A stretch of 64,000 bases of DNA, from NCBI GenBank assembly GCA_013265495.1, contig MU057887.1, forward strand, positions 2,141,576 through 2,205,575. Direction: 5' to 3'. Numbering within the stretch: the stretch's first letter is position 1; every line of letters starts with the position of its first letter. A program made the translations under genes and the position numbers. Of the stretch, positions 1-11,749 are shown piece by piece. The stretch is from Vicugna vicugna. Its lineage: Eukaryota. The notes under the pieces are model-generated. The model was not told the DNA's origin. It was given only the letters and a program-made list of their open reading frames with translations, and did not search any database.

Positions 1-219
1 GACCGGTCCCAGGTCCCCTTTTGCCGGCCTCTCCTCCTCCAGCCCCTCCTGGGGGTGAGCCTGCCTGGCCCTCTGCCCTTGTCCCCCCACACTCTGTCAC
101 TCTGCCTCCCTCACAGGGACCCTCAGGACGAGGGCCAGCCCTGACCACAGCCCTGTGCTCCACGCTGCCCTCCAGCGGTGCATCTCCCGGAAGGGCACCC
201 CCGCGCCCTGTGACAGGTC

Positions 220-570
220 CGCGTCAGTCTGCCTGGGCCGTTGTCTCCAAAACACAGACCAGGCGGCCTAGACAACGGACGCTCGTTTCTCACGGGTCTG
301 GAGGCTGGGAGTCCAAGGTCAAGGCGCTCTGATTCTGTTTCCGGTGAGGCTCTCCCCGGCTCCAGGCAGCCTCCTCACCAGCTGTGTCCTCACACGGTGG
401 AAAGAGAAGGCTCTACTCTTTTCTTCTTGTAGGGGCACTAATTCCATCTTGGGGGCCCCACCTTCATGACCTCGTCACCTCCCGATGTCCCCACCTCCAG
501 ACACTGTCACACTGGGGCTTACGGCTTCCACACATGAATTCCAGGAGGACCCTAACGTTCAGTCCGCGAC
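220..570 (-). mobile_element. MLT1A/MLT1A0-like ERVL-MaLR solo LTR
   Basis: The + strand reads TTTCTCACGGGTCTGGAGGCTGGGAGTCCAAGGTCAAGG ... GGGGCACTAATTCCATC ... ACATGAATTCC ... TTCAGTCC. This is the reverse complement of the recalled MLT1A consensus over ~350 bp. Confidence 0.85.
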
Positions 571-3500
571 TGGTCCATGAAGCTCCTTTCCATCCCCTTG
601 AGGGAGACCCCCAACATCTGTCCTTCTGTCTCGTGGGGGCTGTCATGGCTGTGACCTCTGCCGTGGTCACTGGGCCTTCACCCGCGTACCCCACCCCTCC
701 AGGCGCCCACTGGACCAGAGTGCACATGGGTTCAACACTGTGAGACTCCGGGTCCCTGGGCGCCATGTGCTCCACCGGCATCCACACCGGGCAAAGGGCA
801 GGAGTCCTGACCTCTCCAGGTCCTGACTGGGCAGGTAGCCAGGTGCCCTCAATCCAGGGCTGTGGGAGGCGATGGGCTGAGCGATGACAGATGGCGTGGT
901 CACCACATGCCTCGGAATTTCTGGCTGAGGCTCTGGAAGGGGAGAGGCCTCTGCCCTGTCCTGGCCACTGCCATCCTCCCGTCCAGCCTCCCCTGTGCGC
1001 ATGTCACCCAGCAGGTGACTCTCACACTTGGCCTCCTGGTCCCTGAGCTCATGCCTGAGTCCCTCTGTCCACTCAGCCCTGGCCTCCCCTCCCCCTGGAC
1101 GGCCCCAGACTTGCTCTGTCCCCTGATCTGTCCCTAACACCAGCTGGTGACCCATAGTTCCATATAAATTAGGCTTGACAGTGGGGTCTTCTCTGCCACT
1201 CAGCGTCTGGTTGCCGTTCCTCCGGCAAACACACCCGTACTTTCCAAGGGAGCCTCCCCAGCCCCACGCCCAGGCTCTGAGGTTCGGGGGAAGGGCCAGT
1301 CCTGGCATGGAGGAGGCACAGGGCCTCACATCTGAAGCCTTGGGCGCCCCACTCCTCCGGCCACAGAGGGATGGACAGGGAAGCCAGGTACACTGAGAGG
1401 ACTCAGAGAGACATTCCAGGTAGCTGGCTCTCCCTCTGGACTTGCTGTTAAGAGGAGGCTGACCAGCAGCTTGTCAGTAAAGCGGAGCCCACCCAGAGCA
1501 CCTGGCCTGAGACGCCTCCATCAAGCCGAACCTGCAGCCTGCTCTGCTTTTGGACTGTTCACTCCAGTGGCTCAACACCCTCCCTCGAGCTCAGGTGGTT
1601 CCCGCGGGGCTTTGCTTGCTCGCGCCTGCGTGAGGAGCATCAGCGCGCGTCACCTGCTCCGGAAACCGACCTTGGGACCCTGGCTTCTTCCCTCGCCTCC
1701 GACCCGCCAGGAGAGAGGTGGCGTCCCCACCGTGTGTGTCAGGGAGCCCTGCGCTGCTGCAGACTCGCGTTAAGACCCCTTTCTTCCTGCGCTGGAGAAG
1801 CATCGGCCAGACTGCGCCTTCTGGGCTGAAAGGTTGACGTGAAGTGCGCACTTCATTTCGGCAGCCGGATGCACTGATCATACAGCCGCCAGTTATAACC
1901 GGCGTGAGCACGGGCGTCCTGGAAAATACACACCGTGGACGAGCGGCCAGACGCGGGGAGTCATCGTATTTCCCAACTTTTAAGCAAGTTTGGGTGCCAG
2001 GGTGCATGACCCCTAAGTCAAAGGGATGAAATGCATGCTTCTGGGGGGGGTGGGGGCGCTGATGGTCTGTGAGCTTGGGGTCGAGGGTGGGGGACATATT
2101 TCTGTTGGAGAATGCCGGGGAAGCGATCAAGACGGAGCTGGTTACTCCTATAAAAACCGAGATGGGCCTGACAAATTGTCTTTAATAAAATGTTCTTGGA
2201 GGAGCATAATCAGGGAAAGTCAGGTCAAATGCTGGCAGCAACGTCAGACTGACACACACTTAGAGACACAAGTGGTCACCTGCCCTTGCGGGGGGAGGCG
2301 GCGCTGGGTGTGCGGGCCCGTGTAGCCATGCACGGTTGAGTGCGTTGTGTGATTTTATGTGTGGAGGGTTGCCCAGAGCTGTGATGTGTGTGCACACCAG
2401 GGGCCCAGGCACTTGTGTGTGTGTGTGTGACAAATATCGGGGAGACCCCACGCCCACCCCCACCTGTGCACACTGCCCGCTCTCTCCCTGAAGTTGGAGG
2501 TGTCGGCTCAGCTGAAAGCAAGGTGAGTGTGTGGGAGGCTGTGTGTGCACGTGTGCAGGTGTGTTGTGCGTGGGTGCCTGTGAGTGAGTTTGATGAGGGT
2601 GGGGGGGGCCTGTGACCGCCCGTCCGTGGGGATGTCAGCACGACCTCAGCCGGATGGCGCAGGAGGAGTGGCAGCCAGACATCAGTGCTGTCCAGGGATG
2701 CGGGGAGGGGGCCGAGACGGGTGGGGCAGTGTGGATTCAGGTCCCGGTGCCACCAGAAGGCACGGACCTCCAGGGAGAAGGGCAGCGGGGAGGCCGGAGC
2801 CCAGCCGGTGCCTTCCCCTGTGCGGAAGCTGGAAGCGGAGGAGCGGGCCCAGCCGGAGCGGCGAGGCGGGGGGAGGGGGAATCCGCAGGCCTCATTTTGA
2901 GAGGAAAGGAACCGAGTTGAAGTTCAGGCATTTTTTGCTCCTTGTCTCTTTGGGGGATAAGAGAAGCTGTGAAACGTGCAGGTAGGCGTGCGTCGTGTCG
3001 CGGTAATTTCTGACGGATGGCTTCTAGTATGGCAGGCACATAGAAGAGTTTAACAGCAACTACTTTACACCGACATTATCTGCTGCTGGCAGAGCCTCTG
3101 GCGCCAGGGGAGAGCTTTGCCCTTAACCACGGCCCTCGGGCAGCCAAGGGGAAGCGTGGAACCAAGACTGGCGCCGTCTGGGACGGAGTGCCCGCGTGTG
3201 GCACGGCCTCTCCTCCTGCCCCACCTGCCCTTAACTCACCCCACGTGGGTCAATGTCATCCTATGGGTCAGGCGGCGAACAAGTCACAGAGCCCACCGTC
3301 CACCGTCCACGGGGAGGGAGACACAGCCCTCTAGCCATGAAAGCACCAGTTTCCCAGGGCACCCAGTGAAGGGGGGGTGTGTCCTTCCGCACAGCCCCGC
3401 GTCCTGCTCCGTGGGCGGTGGGGTGGGGAAGGGGCGATGCTGCTTTTACTCAGCAGGAACTCTGGATGAGTCTGCTGGGGCAGGATGGGCACATCCCGCT

Positions 3501-3879
3501 GGGCGGGGCGGGAGCAGACACCAGCTGGTCATTGTGTGACTGAAGAGAAAGAGCTCGCCTGAAAGGTGGTGAGACCTAGAGCTGGAGGTGGCAGTAGTCT
3601 CCAGGCTCCACAGTGTCACGCTCCCACGGCTCCTTGTGGGCTGTGAGCGGGTGTGCGGGGGCCGCAGGGGCTCCCGACTCTGCATGTAGCAGGTGCTTGG
3701 ACCGCACCGCTGTGCGCAGGAGTGTGAGCGCAGAGGCAGCGGGGGGCTGGGGAGCTCCCGGAGGGGCAGGGAAGCCTTCCTGACATCTGAGCTCCTCACG
3801 GAGGTTGTGATGACACACAAATCCGAACCGCCTACAGATCAGAACTAATAAGAGAGCTCGTTGATCACATTTTCCAGCC

Positions 3880-4510
3880 ACCGAAGCTCCATTCCGCGCT
3901 CCTTTGAATCTGTCTTTTGATCCTCATGCACGTTTTTGATTTACACTTTTTCACCCCTTTCCATTTGCATTCTGTGCGTGGTGGTCGAATCTCTGAAGTC
4001 TGGGTCTGTTCTGTCCTCCTTGTTTTGCTTCTTGCTGGGTTTTGCTCTGTCTGGGTGACTTGTTCATTCCTGTGGTTGTGCAGGTTTTAGTTACAAGCTC
4101 AAAATGGCTTGATCTCTACTGTGGGAGCCCAGGGAGGGGTCTGTCTGCGGACGTGAAGGGGCCTTGCATTCTTGGGTGGGCTTTTCTCTTTCCATCAAGA
4201 GCAGGGCTGAGAAAGACACCTTTGCTGCTTCCTTCAGCAGGAGTACCCCTCCCCGCCCCCACCCACACCCCCACCAGCTCCTCTCTTTTCCAGTGACCCG
4301 CCTGAGTCTTGGCTTCGTGTGGGATGATTTCCAGCCCAGCAGTCAGTGTCCAGGAAAGGTGTGTTAGCATTTCCCGGCCTGACTGTAGACCTGTTAGTTT
4401 CTTCTTGTGTTAGGTCTATAATTGCCTTATGCATTTTTAAGCTTGATTATTATGTGCATACAAATTTATAATGTTTATATCTTCCTGATGAAACACTTAG
4501 TATTTTCACC
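3880..4510 (-). mobile_element. Highly decayed L1/HAL1-type LINE fragments
   Basis: T-rich + strand with L1-like antisense phrases (ATCTCTGAAGTCTGGGTCTG; TGTGCATACAAATTTATAATGTTTATATCTTCCTGATG). Subfamily and limits are uncertain. Confidence 0.45.
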
Positions 4511-5044
4511 CTCTCACTTTTCATCCAGGGAGGTGGCATGAAATGTGGCAAGTGGGTCTAACCCGAGCTCCATGGGGGAGATACTGTGTCCTTCGGTGGG
4601 TTTTCTGGGCCCAGGCCCTCGGTCTTGCTCTCTTGAGGGCTCACCACCCACACAGCCACACCTGTGAGCTGTGTGTTTACAAACAGCCTGTCTCCTGGAA
4701 ATAAATCTTTGTACTTTCCCTGGGAAATATAGCCTATAAATCACTGTGACATTTGCGATGAGGCTCCCCTGCTCCCGCCCCTCTGCTTCTCCGGGTAGGC
4801 CCCCCACGCTTGCTGCAGAGCCTGGGTGGTGGCCAAGGCAGGCCGTGCTGGATGATGTAGGGACAGTCAGTTCAAGATGAAATCAGTGGCAATTTCAGAT
4901 GTCAGCTTTGTCACCATGGACATGACCTGGCACTGCAGTTGCGGGAAGGATGACTCTGTGAAATGTTAAATATGTGAGTTGCTTTCTATCCGTCCCAGCC
5001 TTGGAAAGCCTCGGGTGTCACAGACTGCGTTTGCCTGGCAGGGC

Positions 5045-5641
5045 TGAGGTGGTAATTTCACACGTCCACTTGGCTGGGCTTCGGTGCCCACTTATTTGGT
5101 CAAACACCAGTTTAGCGGTTGCTGTGAAGGTATTTTTCTGATGTGATTAACAATTAACTCAATAGATTTTGAGGAAAGCTATTACTCTCCATGATGTGAG
5201 TGGGCCTCATCCAATCAGTATAAAGTCCTTAAGAAAATACCGAAGTCCCCTGAAGAGGAAGGATTTCCACCTCTGGATTGCTGCTGATTCAAGACTGCAA
5301 CACTGACTCCTGCTGGAATTTCTAACCTGCCCGGCCTGCCCTGCAGAAGACTCGGATGTGCCAGCCACCATAGTCACAGGGACTGATTCTTTAAACTCAA
5401 TCAAACAATCAATCAATCTCTCTCTATCTATTGACAGATAGGTAGGTAGATAGATCATCTGCGTTTGTGTTCGTCAGGGCTCTCCAGAGAATCAGGACCA
5501 ATGAGAGAGATAAATAGAGAGATAAATGATAGATTGACTTATCTTGTTGGACAGATAGATAGATCCAGTAGATCTAATCCAAGAGATCTATCTATCCATC
5601 CATCCTATCGGTTGCTCCTCTGGAGAACCCCAGCTAATATA
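5045..5641 (+). mobile_element. MLT2 (ERVL) solo LTR with internal GATA-type microsatellite
   Basis: Starts TGAGGTGGTAATTTCACACGTCCACTTGGCTGGGC, contains GTGGGCCTCATCCAATCAG, and ends CATCCTATCGGTTGCTCCTCTGGAGAACCCCAGCTAATATA. These match recalled MLT2 5' and 3' ends. Confidence 0.85.
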
Positions 5642-5954
5642 AATGCAGATGATTGGTGCTAATTTTAAAGTTTTGCAATGAGACAGCTTGAAGAAATCAC
5701 ATTTTACGTAATTCACTAAAGGCCATATGACACCAGACTGAGACGGGAAAATGAAAGAACGCAAAGCACTTTTTATTGTGCCCTCTGTCCCCAGTGTCCT
5801 TCAAATCTACCACCTTGATCTTAGCAAACTCTCACTGGAGGCCCCCCTACCCCCAGCTCCTGCTTCATATTCTTTAATGTACCACCACTCTCTAACATGC
5901 TTTGTGCCTACTTGGCTAAATTGCTTTTATATGTTTCCCCAAGAGAAATGTAAG

Positions 5955-6015
5955 GACGAGTACCTGGCACATAGTAGAAGGTCAGTTAAATTTCTGTTGA
6001 AATTGATGAGTGATT
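5955..6015 (+). mobile_element. L2 LINE 3' end relic
   Basis: CCTGGCACATAGTAG...AAATTTCTGTTGAATTGATGAGTGA resembles the L2 3' terminus and its TGAA tail. Confidence 0.6.
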
Positions 6016-6839
6016 GTCATGAGAAGGCTGTTACGGCTCAGGGAGTCAAAGTGTTGAGCGTCTTAGTTTGGGGGTCAGCCAGATCATGGTTTAAAGCCCA
6101 GCTCACTCGTGTCCTCAGTCACTTACCTTCCCTGTGTCTTCTTTTCCACCTGAATGTAACATCATCTACCACACTGGATGGGGTTCAAGTCCAAGCTACT
6201 ACATACACATTTCATAGACACTTTTGTACTCAGGTGATATTTACAACACATTATAAACTTTTCCTTTTCTCTTTTCTGCCAACCGTGGAAGGTCAGGGTG
6301 ATGCATGTTGAATGCTCAGAGGATGCTGGTGAGTGCATATGTGCATGAAGGAACAGGTGAGCCAGCAGACTGCATGGCTCCTCTCCATCCATTTATGTAG
6401 GTGCAGGTTGCCCTGTGTGGCGATCCTCTCATCCAGGTCTTGGGTAAAACTCAATTTACGGAGGGACCAAGAGTCAAAATCCAAGTCAAACCTGTTTGGG
6501 CGCCAGCATTAAGTAACCAGGAAGTAACATTTTACACCATTTTCAAAGTGATCATTCAGTTTAATCCTCCCAAGGACCCATTAGCTGGATCTGATTATTG
6601 GCGTAATTGATTACTGATAGAGAACAGGAACCCAGGGCTATGTGGGCAGTAAATTAAGGGTCCCAGGGGAGCTTGAGTGTGGCCAGTAAGGGGGGCAGGG
6701 GCTCCAGCTGGCACAGCCCTTTGCTCTACAGGCTTCTTCAGGGAAAGAGGCATGACTGAAGGAGGAAGGATGTTCCAAGGGTGTGGCGCCTCTTGCCCGG
6801 ATCTGAGGAGAGCTCTGCTGTGAGCAGCTGCTGGGAGAG

Positions 6840-7204
6840 AGCTATGGACTGAATGATCATGTTCTCCCCGGCTTCCCGAATCTTCATGTTGAGGTCCTAA
6901 CCCTCAAGGTGAAGGTGTTAGGAAGTGGAGCCTTTGGGAGGTGACCGTGTCATGAGGGTGGAGCTTCACAAATGGAGTTAGTGCTTATATGCAAGGACGC
7001 AGAGAGCTATCTCACCCTCTTTCTGCCCCGTGAGGGCAGCGAGAAGACAGTCATCTGTGGACCAGGAAGCCAGCTCCCACCAGACTCCAAACCTTCCAGC
7101 ACTTTGGTCCTGGGCCTCCAGGTTCCGGAGCTGTGAGATGTAAGTGCTCATTGTTTAAGCCTCCCGCTTTGTGGTGTTCCGGTACAGCCGCCCAAACCAA
7201 GACA
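6840..7204 (+). mobile_element. MLT1A0-like MaLR LTR
   Basis: GCTATGGACTGAATG ... GGAGCCTTTGGGAGGTGA ... CATGAGGGTGGAGC ... ACCAGGAAGC ... CAAGACA; full LTR length. Confidence 0.85.
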
Positions 7205-7236
7205 GAAGGCGGTCTAAACTGAGGAGAAAAGGGACT

Positions 7237-7572
7237 TGTTGTGGAATAAATGTTTGTGCCCCCCATTCACATCTTACAGCTCTAACCCCGGTGTTGGAGA
7301 TGGGGCCTTTGGGAGCTAATTAGGTTTAAATGAGGTTGTGAAGGTGGACCTTGCACGATGGCATTAGTGCCCTTACAAGGGGATGATGAGCCCAGTGCTC
7401 TCTCCCCTCTGCGTGAGGATACAATGACATGAGAAGACAGCCACCTGCAAACTAGGAAGCTGGCCTTCACCCAACACCAAGTCTGTCTGCACCCTGACCT
7501 CGGACTTGCCAGCCTTCAGAACGGTGAGAAATAACTTCCAATTGGTTAAGCTTGTCTGAGCTTGCTAAGACA
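7237..7572 (+). mobile_element. MLT1A/B-like MaLR LTR (second, tandem copy)
   Basis: TGTTGTGGAATAAATGTTTGTGCCCCCC ... GGGGCCTTTGGGAG ... ATTAGTGCCCTTA ... CAGAACGGTGAGAAATAA ... CTAAGACA; internally shortened near its 3' end. Confidence 0.85.
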
Positions 7573-7799
7573 GGACTAGAGGATAAAAGAAAGAGAAGGT
7601 CCAAATAAAAGTGGGGGAGGAAGGAGAAAGGCAGATCTCCAGAGGAACAAACACTAGGCAATAACATCAGAAGAGGCCTCCCCAGGGCTGTGAAGCTACA
7701 GAAGCTACTCCGGCCCACTCTCTCCTTCTGATAGTGCTGGAAAAGTATGTCCCTTAAACATGAGCGGCAAGAAGAGATTGTGGTTGAATTCCACGCAAA

Positions 7800-10700
7800 G
7801 TTAGCGTAAGAAAAATAAAATGGAACAATTAGTATAATACTATCTTCACACAAAAAAATAAGGCCTAACAGAAAGACACATTCACACACAAAAACTTTAA
7901 TATTTCAAAAACAATCTAACTTTTTGCAAACAAAATTGGTGAAAGAACAGAATATACTAGAGTTAAAATGACAAATAAGATAGATAATTGGATGAAGAAA
8001 AGATAAAGAGAGCTCACAGAACTTAGTAAATATCTGGAAATAGAAGAAAAATCATTTCAGAAAAAAAGGTAAATTAGAAGGAATACAGTAGTAAATATCT
8101 ATCACCAAGAATGCCATCAGAGAAGTGGAAACATGCGGGGAGCCACTCATGACCTGAGGACTGTTGAGCACAGAACGGGACGGAAAATCCCAAAGTGCTG
8201 GCGTCAGGCTCTGAGATTGATCTAACAAAGACAATCTGTCCCGCCACCCCTTTTCAGGAAAGAATGCACCAGGTGATCTAAAAGCCCTAGGAACATCCTG
8301 AGCCATTAAACTACTGATGATCTTTGAACAGAGAGATACAATCAACATACAAGTTAGTGGTCTTAGTTTATAGAAACAACAACCTTAGTTAGTGATCTTG
8401 GTATGTGGGAACATATACCCTAGTTTATGAGTATTATAAACAACATTGATCTATAGAACAATGCACAAGTTAGTGAGTTTAGTACACACTGTGTTTAAAC
8501 CATAAAACAATACCTGTGCCTACGTGCAAGAATGCACAAGGTAGTCACTTGAATTTGTATAAATTAACTGCCTGAAATAAACTCGAGGTCCACTCTTGGC
8601 TTAGCGTCTTGCGGGCTAGAGTGAGACCCTCTCAACCCCACCTTCTAGTCTTGTCTTTCTTTTCTCAGTCCTGCAGCACAGGTTTCTGGACCTGATCGAT
8701 TGTCGGCTGGCTCCGACAGAAACATAAAGAGGAAAGTGATTTTTTAAGATAATTAGGAAAGACATTAAAAATATTTGGAAGTAACAAATACGGAAGGCTG
8801 GAAAAGAAGATTCCACAGATGTATAATAGCAGATGAGGCAGAAAACCAAAGCGTGAGGCAGAATGAATACTGCAACTAATGTTTTAAAAATACATTTTCA
8901 AAATAAGAGGAAATTTACCTTAGATATTGGACAAGGACATACTCCAATTGTGGGGAAATCTACCCACAATGATCAACACAAGAATATCTGCTAGTAAAAC
9001 TATTGGTTTTCGATTTTAAAAACACCTTTGAATATTCATGCAAAAAGAGCAGGAATCTTATAAAAGAAGGAAAATCATACTGGCTTCACTTTTTGACAAG
9101 TTTTTATACCAAAAGGTGGGGGGGGGCACATGTAAGATGCTTAAAGTCAGGCAATGTGAACCAGACAACCAGACTGGCTTCAGGTATACATACTTACAAA
9201 AACTCAGAAAATGTTGTTGCTATGAACACCTCCTGAAGTGTCTAGCTGAGAGCCAGCATCATACAACACAAATGACCGGAGAGGCAGTGGCAGACGGATG
9301 GAGAGTCAGTGTGGTAGACCAGACGGACCTGCAGAGGTCCTACGAAGTGGTGGCTATCAGGGAGGCAGGGAAGTGGGTGTTGGCCACATGCTCCAACAAT
9401 GTAGAATCTGGGAAACTATCAAAACTGAGAGGGAGGGGAATATGCAAAAAGCAGAATAATCCAGCTGATTTACTTTATAGGCATTCATTGAGAAGCAAAA
9501 TTCTATTACTTCAAATTGTTGCTTTGGGAGAAGAAGGGTAGAGAGAGGAAGGAGACAGAAGCAACCAGTGTCCAGGAGAAGAGATGGTGATGGAGACATG
9601 AAGGTATTAGTGGGAAGGTGTCCATGAGAACAAAAGTACAAGCCTTTTGGATACCTGAAGATCTTCCTAAGAAAGAAGGAAAAAGAAAAAACCAAAAAAG
9701 AGCAAATTAAACGTTGTACCTGGTGGGTGAATACATGTGAGTGCAGGCATGTGTGGTACACCTGTCATATATATGCATACGCGGTCCATATAACTGTGAG
9801 AATGCAGACAAGCGTCGGCTGTACTGATAAATAATACGCAGAATTGGGCTTAATTCAGATAAAAGAAATGTGATTTTCAGATTGGCTAACAAAGTGAAAT
9901 AAAGCACTGTATCCATGAAATCTGCTTAAATTAAGAAAGATTTTTCAAAGTATTAAAAAGGAAGGGCTCAGTAACACAGGAATAACTTCCCAGGAGTGGA
10001 GACTACAGGAGACGCAAGGAGAAGGAGACAAAGCTCACTTGTGACAGAAGAATCCTCCACGCCACCCTCAGCCCGAGAGAGACCAAGCAGACGCAGCAGC
10101 AGGAAGGAGGCAGACGATTTAAATGACATGATGAATGAGGCGGACCCTTTGGATACAGACTGAATGCTGAACTCTGGCAATTGGGAGTCCATCTTCTTTT
10201 TAAAAGTCCATGGAACATCCCCCACGTGGACCACATCTTATGCTGTAAGGAGAATCTCATTAAGTTCAAAAGCACAGAAATAATACACCCAGCATTCTCT
10301 TACCCAAAGCGATAAAACCAGAAGCTAATTATAGCATTAACCAAACGAAAAGGTCTGCCCACCAAAGGGGATATTAAACAACCCAGAACAAAAGCAAAAT
10401 ACAGAGTGAAATTACAAGATGTCATAAAAATAACAATAATGAAAACCAAGTATATAAGAATCCACAGGAAACGATTAAAGCGGTTATAAAGTAGCACCTT
10501 CAGCCTTAAGTAAAAGTGAATGCCAATAGAAATGAAAATGCAAACATGGATGAACATCAAACACGAAAAGTTAGAAAGGAACAACAAAGTTAATCCGAAG
10601 AAAGAGGAAAAAGGAAGTAACAGAAATTTGAAGAGTTAAAACAAAAGAAATAGAACCAGTAAATGCATCCAAGCTCTGGTTCTTAGATAAACCACGAGGC

Positions 10701-11700
10701 GATCTAAAGTGCTGGTGCGGGTTTGGGGAGAGAAAGGACCAGTATGCAACGTTAGGGATGGCCAAGGTAAAAGCCATCACGTCTAGAAGGACTTATTTTA
10801 AAAATAAGATTACTTCGTAAAATTGTATGCACATAAAATTAAATGCCAACGTGAAACAAATAACATTTTAGAAAAATGCAAAGCACCAAAACTGACCCCA
10901 CTAAAGAGAGAAAATCTTAACAGTGCGGTTACCACTGGAAAAATGCAGGAGACAGTTAAAGGGTGCCAACTCCCTCTGACCACAGGGGGAACCTACTGAG
11001 CTTTCATTAGATCAGTTAGTAGCAACGCTGCTTCAATAATTCTGGATGAGAGGGAGGGGTGGAAAACTTCCAAATTCTTTTTATGAAGCAAGTAAAACCC
11101 CCGTAACCTGACAGAGCTTTTATTAAAAAACCAAATTACTGACCAATCACACTTACGACTATAGACACATCAAAATCTTAGACAAAGCAGCATGTTGCAA
11201 AGTCACGCATCATGACCAAGTGGCTATTTTACCAGAAACAGAAATATTGAGCAGTTCAATATGAGGACATTTATGAATATAATCCATCAAATGAATAGAA
11301 CTAAGCAAAAATATCCGATCACTCCAAAAACAGACGTTCTTTCTACAGAATTAAATACATTGGTGTTAAAAACACTTGGTAAAAGAGCAACGGAGGGATT
11401 CAAACACCAGCATGCAAGCCCCCGGAGGAGACAAACGCCCCCCAGGCAAAGGCGGCAGGAAGGAAGGCAGGTGTGCGCAGCCCTCTGAGCTTTTGGAATC
11501 ATGATTAGAAGAGGGAAAGAAAATAGAGGCAGAAACTGAGGAAAAGAGGAAAATCAAAATCACTTCTATCTGCAGGTGATAAAATTATATATTTTGAAAG
11601 AACACCAAAATCAAAGGAAATACTCTCACAGAAAAGAAACAGTGGTTTCTAATATACTATTAAAGTGATACATTGCAAAACCCACATTTAAACAATCACT
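7800..11700 (+). mobile_element. Ancient L1 (L1M-type) ORF1/ORF2 remnant, interrupted by an LTR at 8134-8718
   Basis: A-rich + strand with decayed ORF2 motifs: endonuclease region CATGGAACATCCCCCACGTGGACCACATC (~10210, HGT..DHI), GGAAAACTTCCAAATTCTTTTTATGAAGCAAG (GKLPNSFYEAS, ~11061), CATGACCAAGTG (HDQV, ~11211), and a degenerate RT FADD region (~11565). Many stops and frameshifts. Confidence 0.85.
8134..8718 (+). mobile_element. Young ERVK/betaretrovirus-type solo LTR (585 bp)
   Basis: TG...CA termini with inverted repeats (TGCGGGGAGCCA / TGGCTCCGACA). Perfect 6-bp TSD GAAACA at 8128-8133 and 8719-8724. TATAAA at 8558-8563 and AATAAA at 8576-8581. Confidence 0.9.
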
Positions 11701-11749
11701 AAGAATTCATTCTTTGGGGAAGATGGAGTAATTTTCCCTGTTTCTAAAA

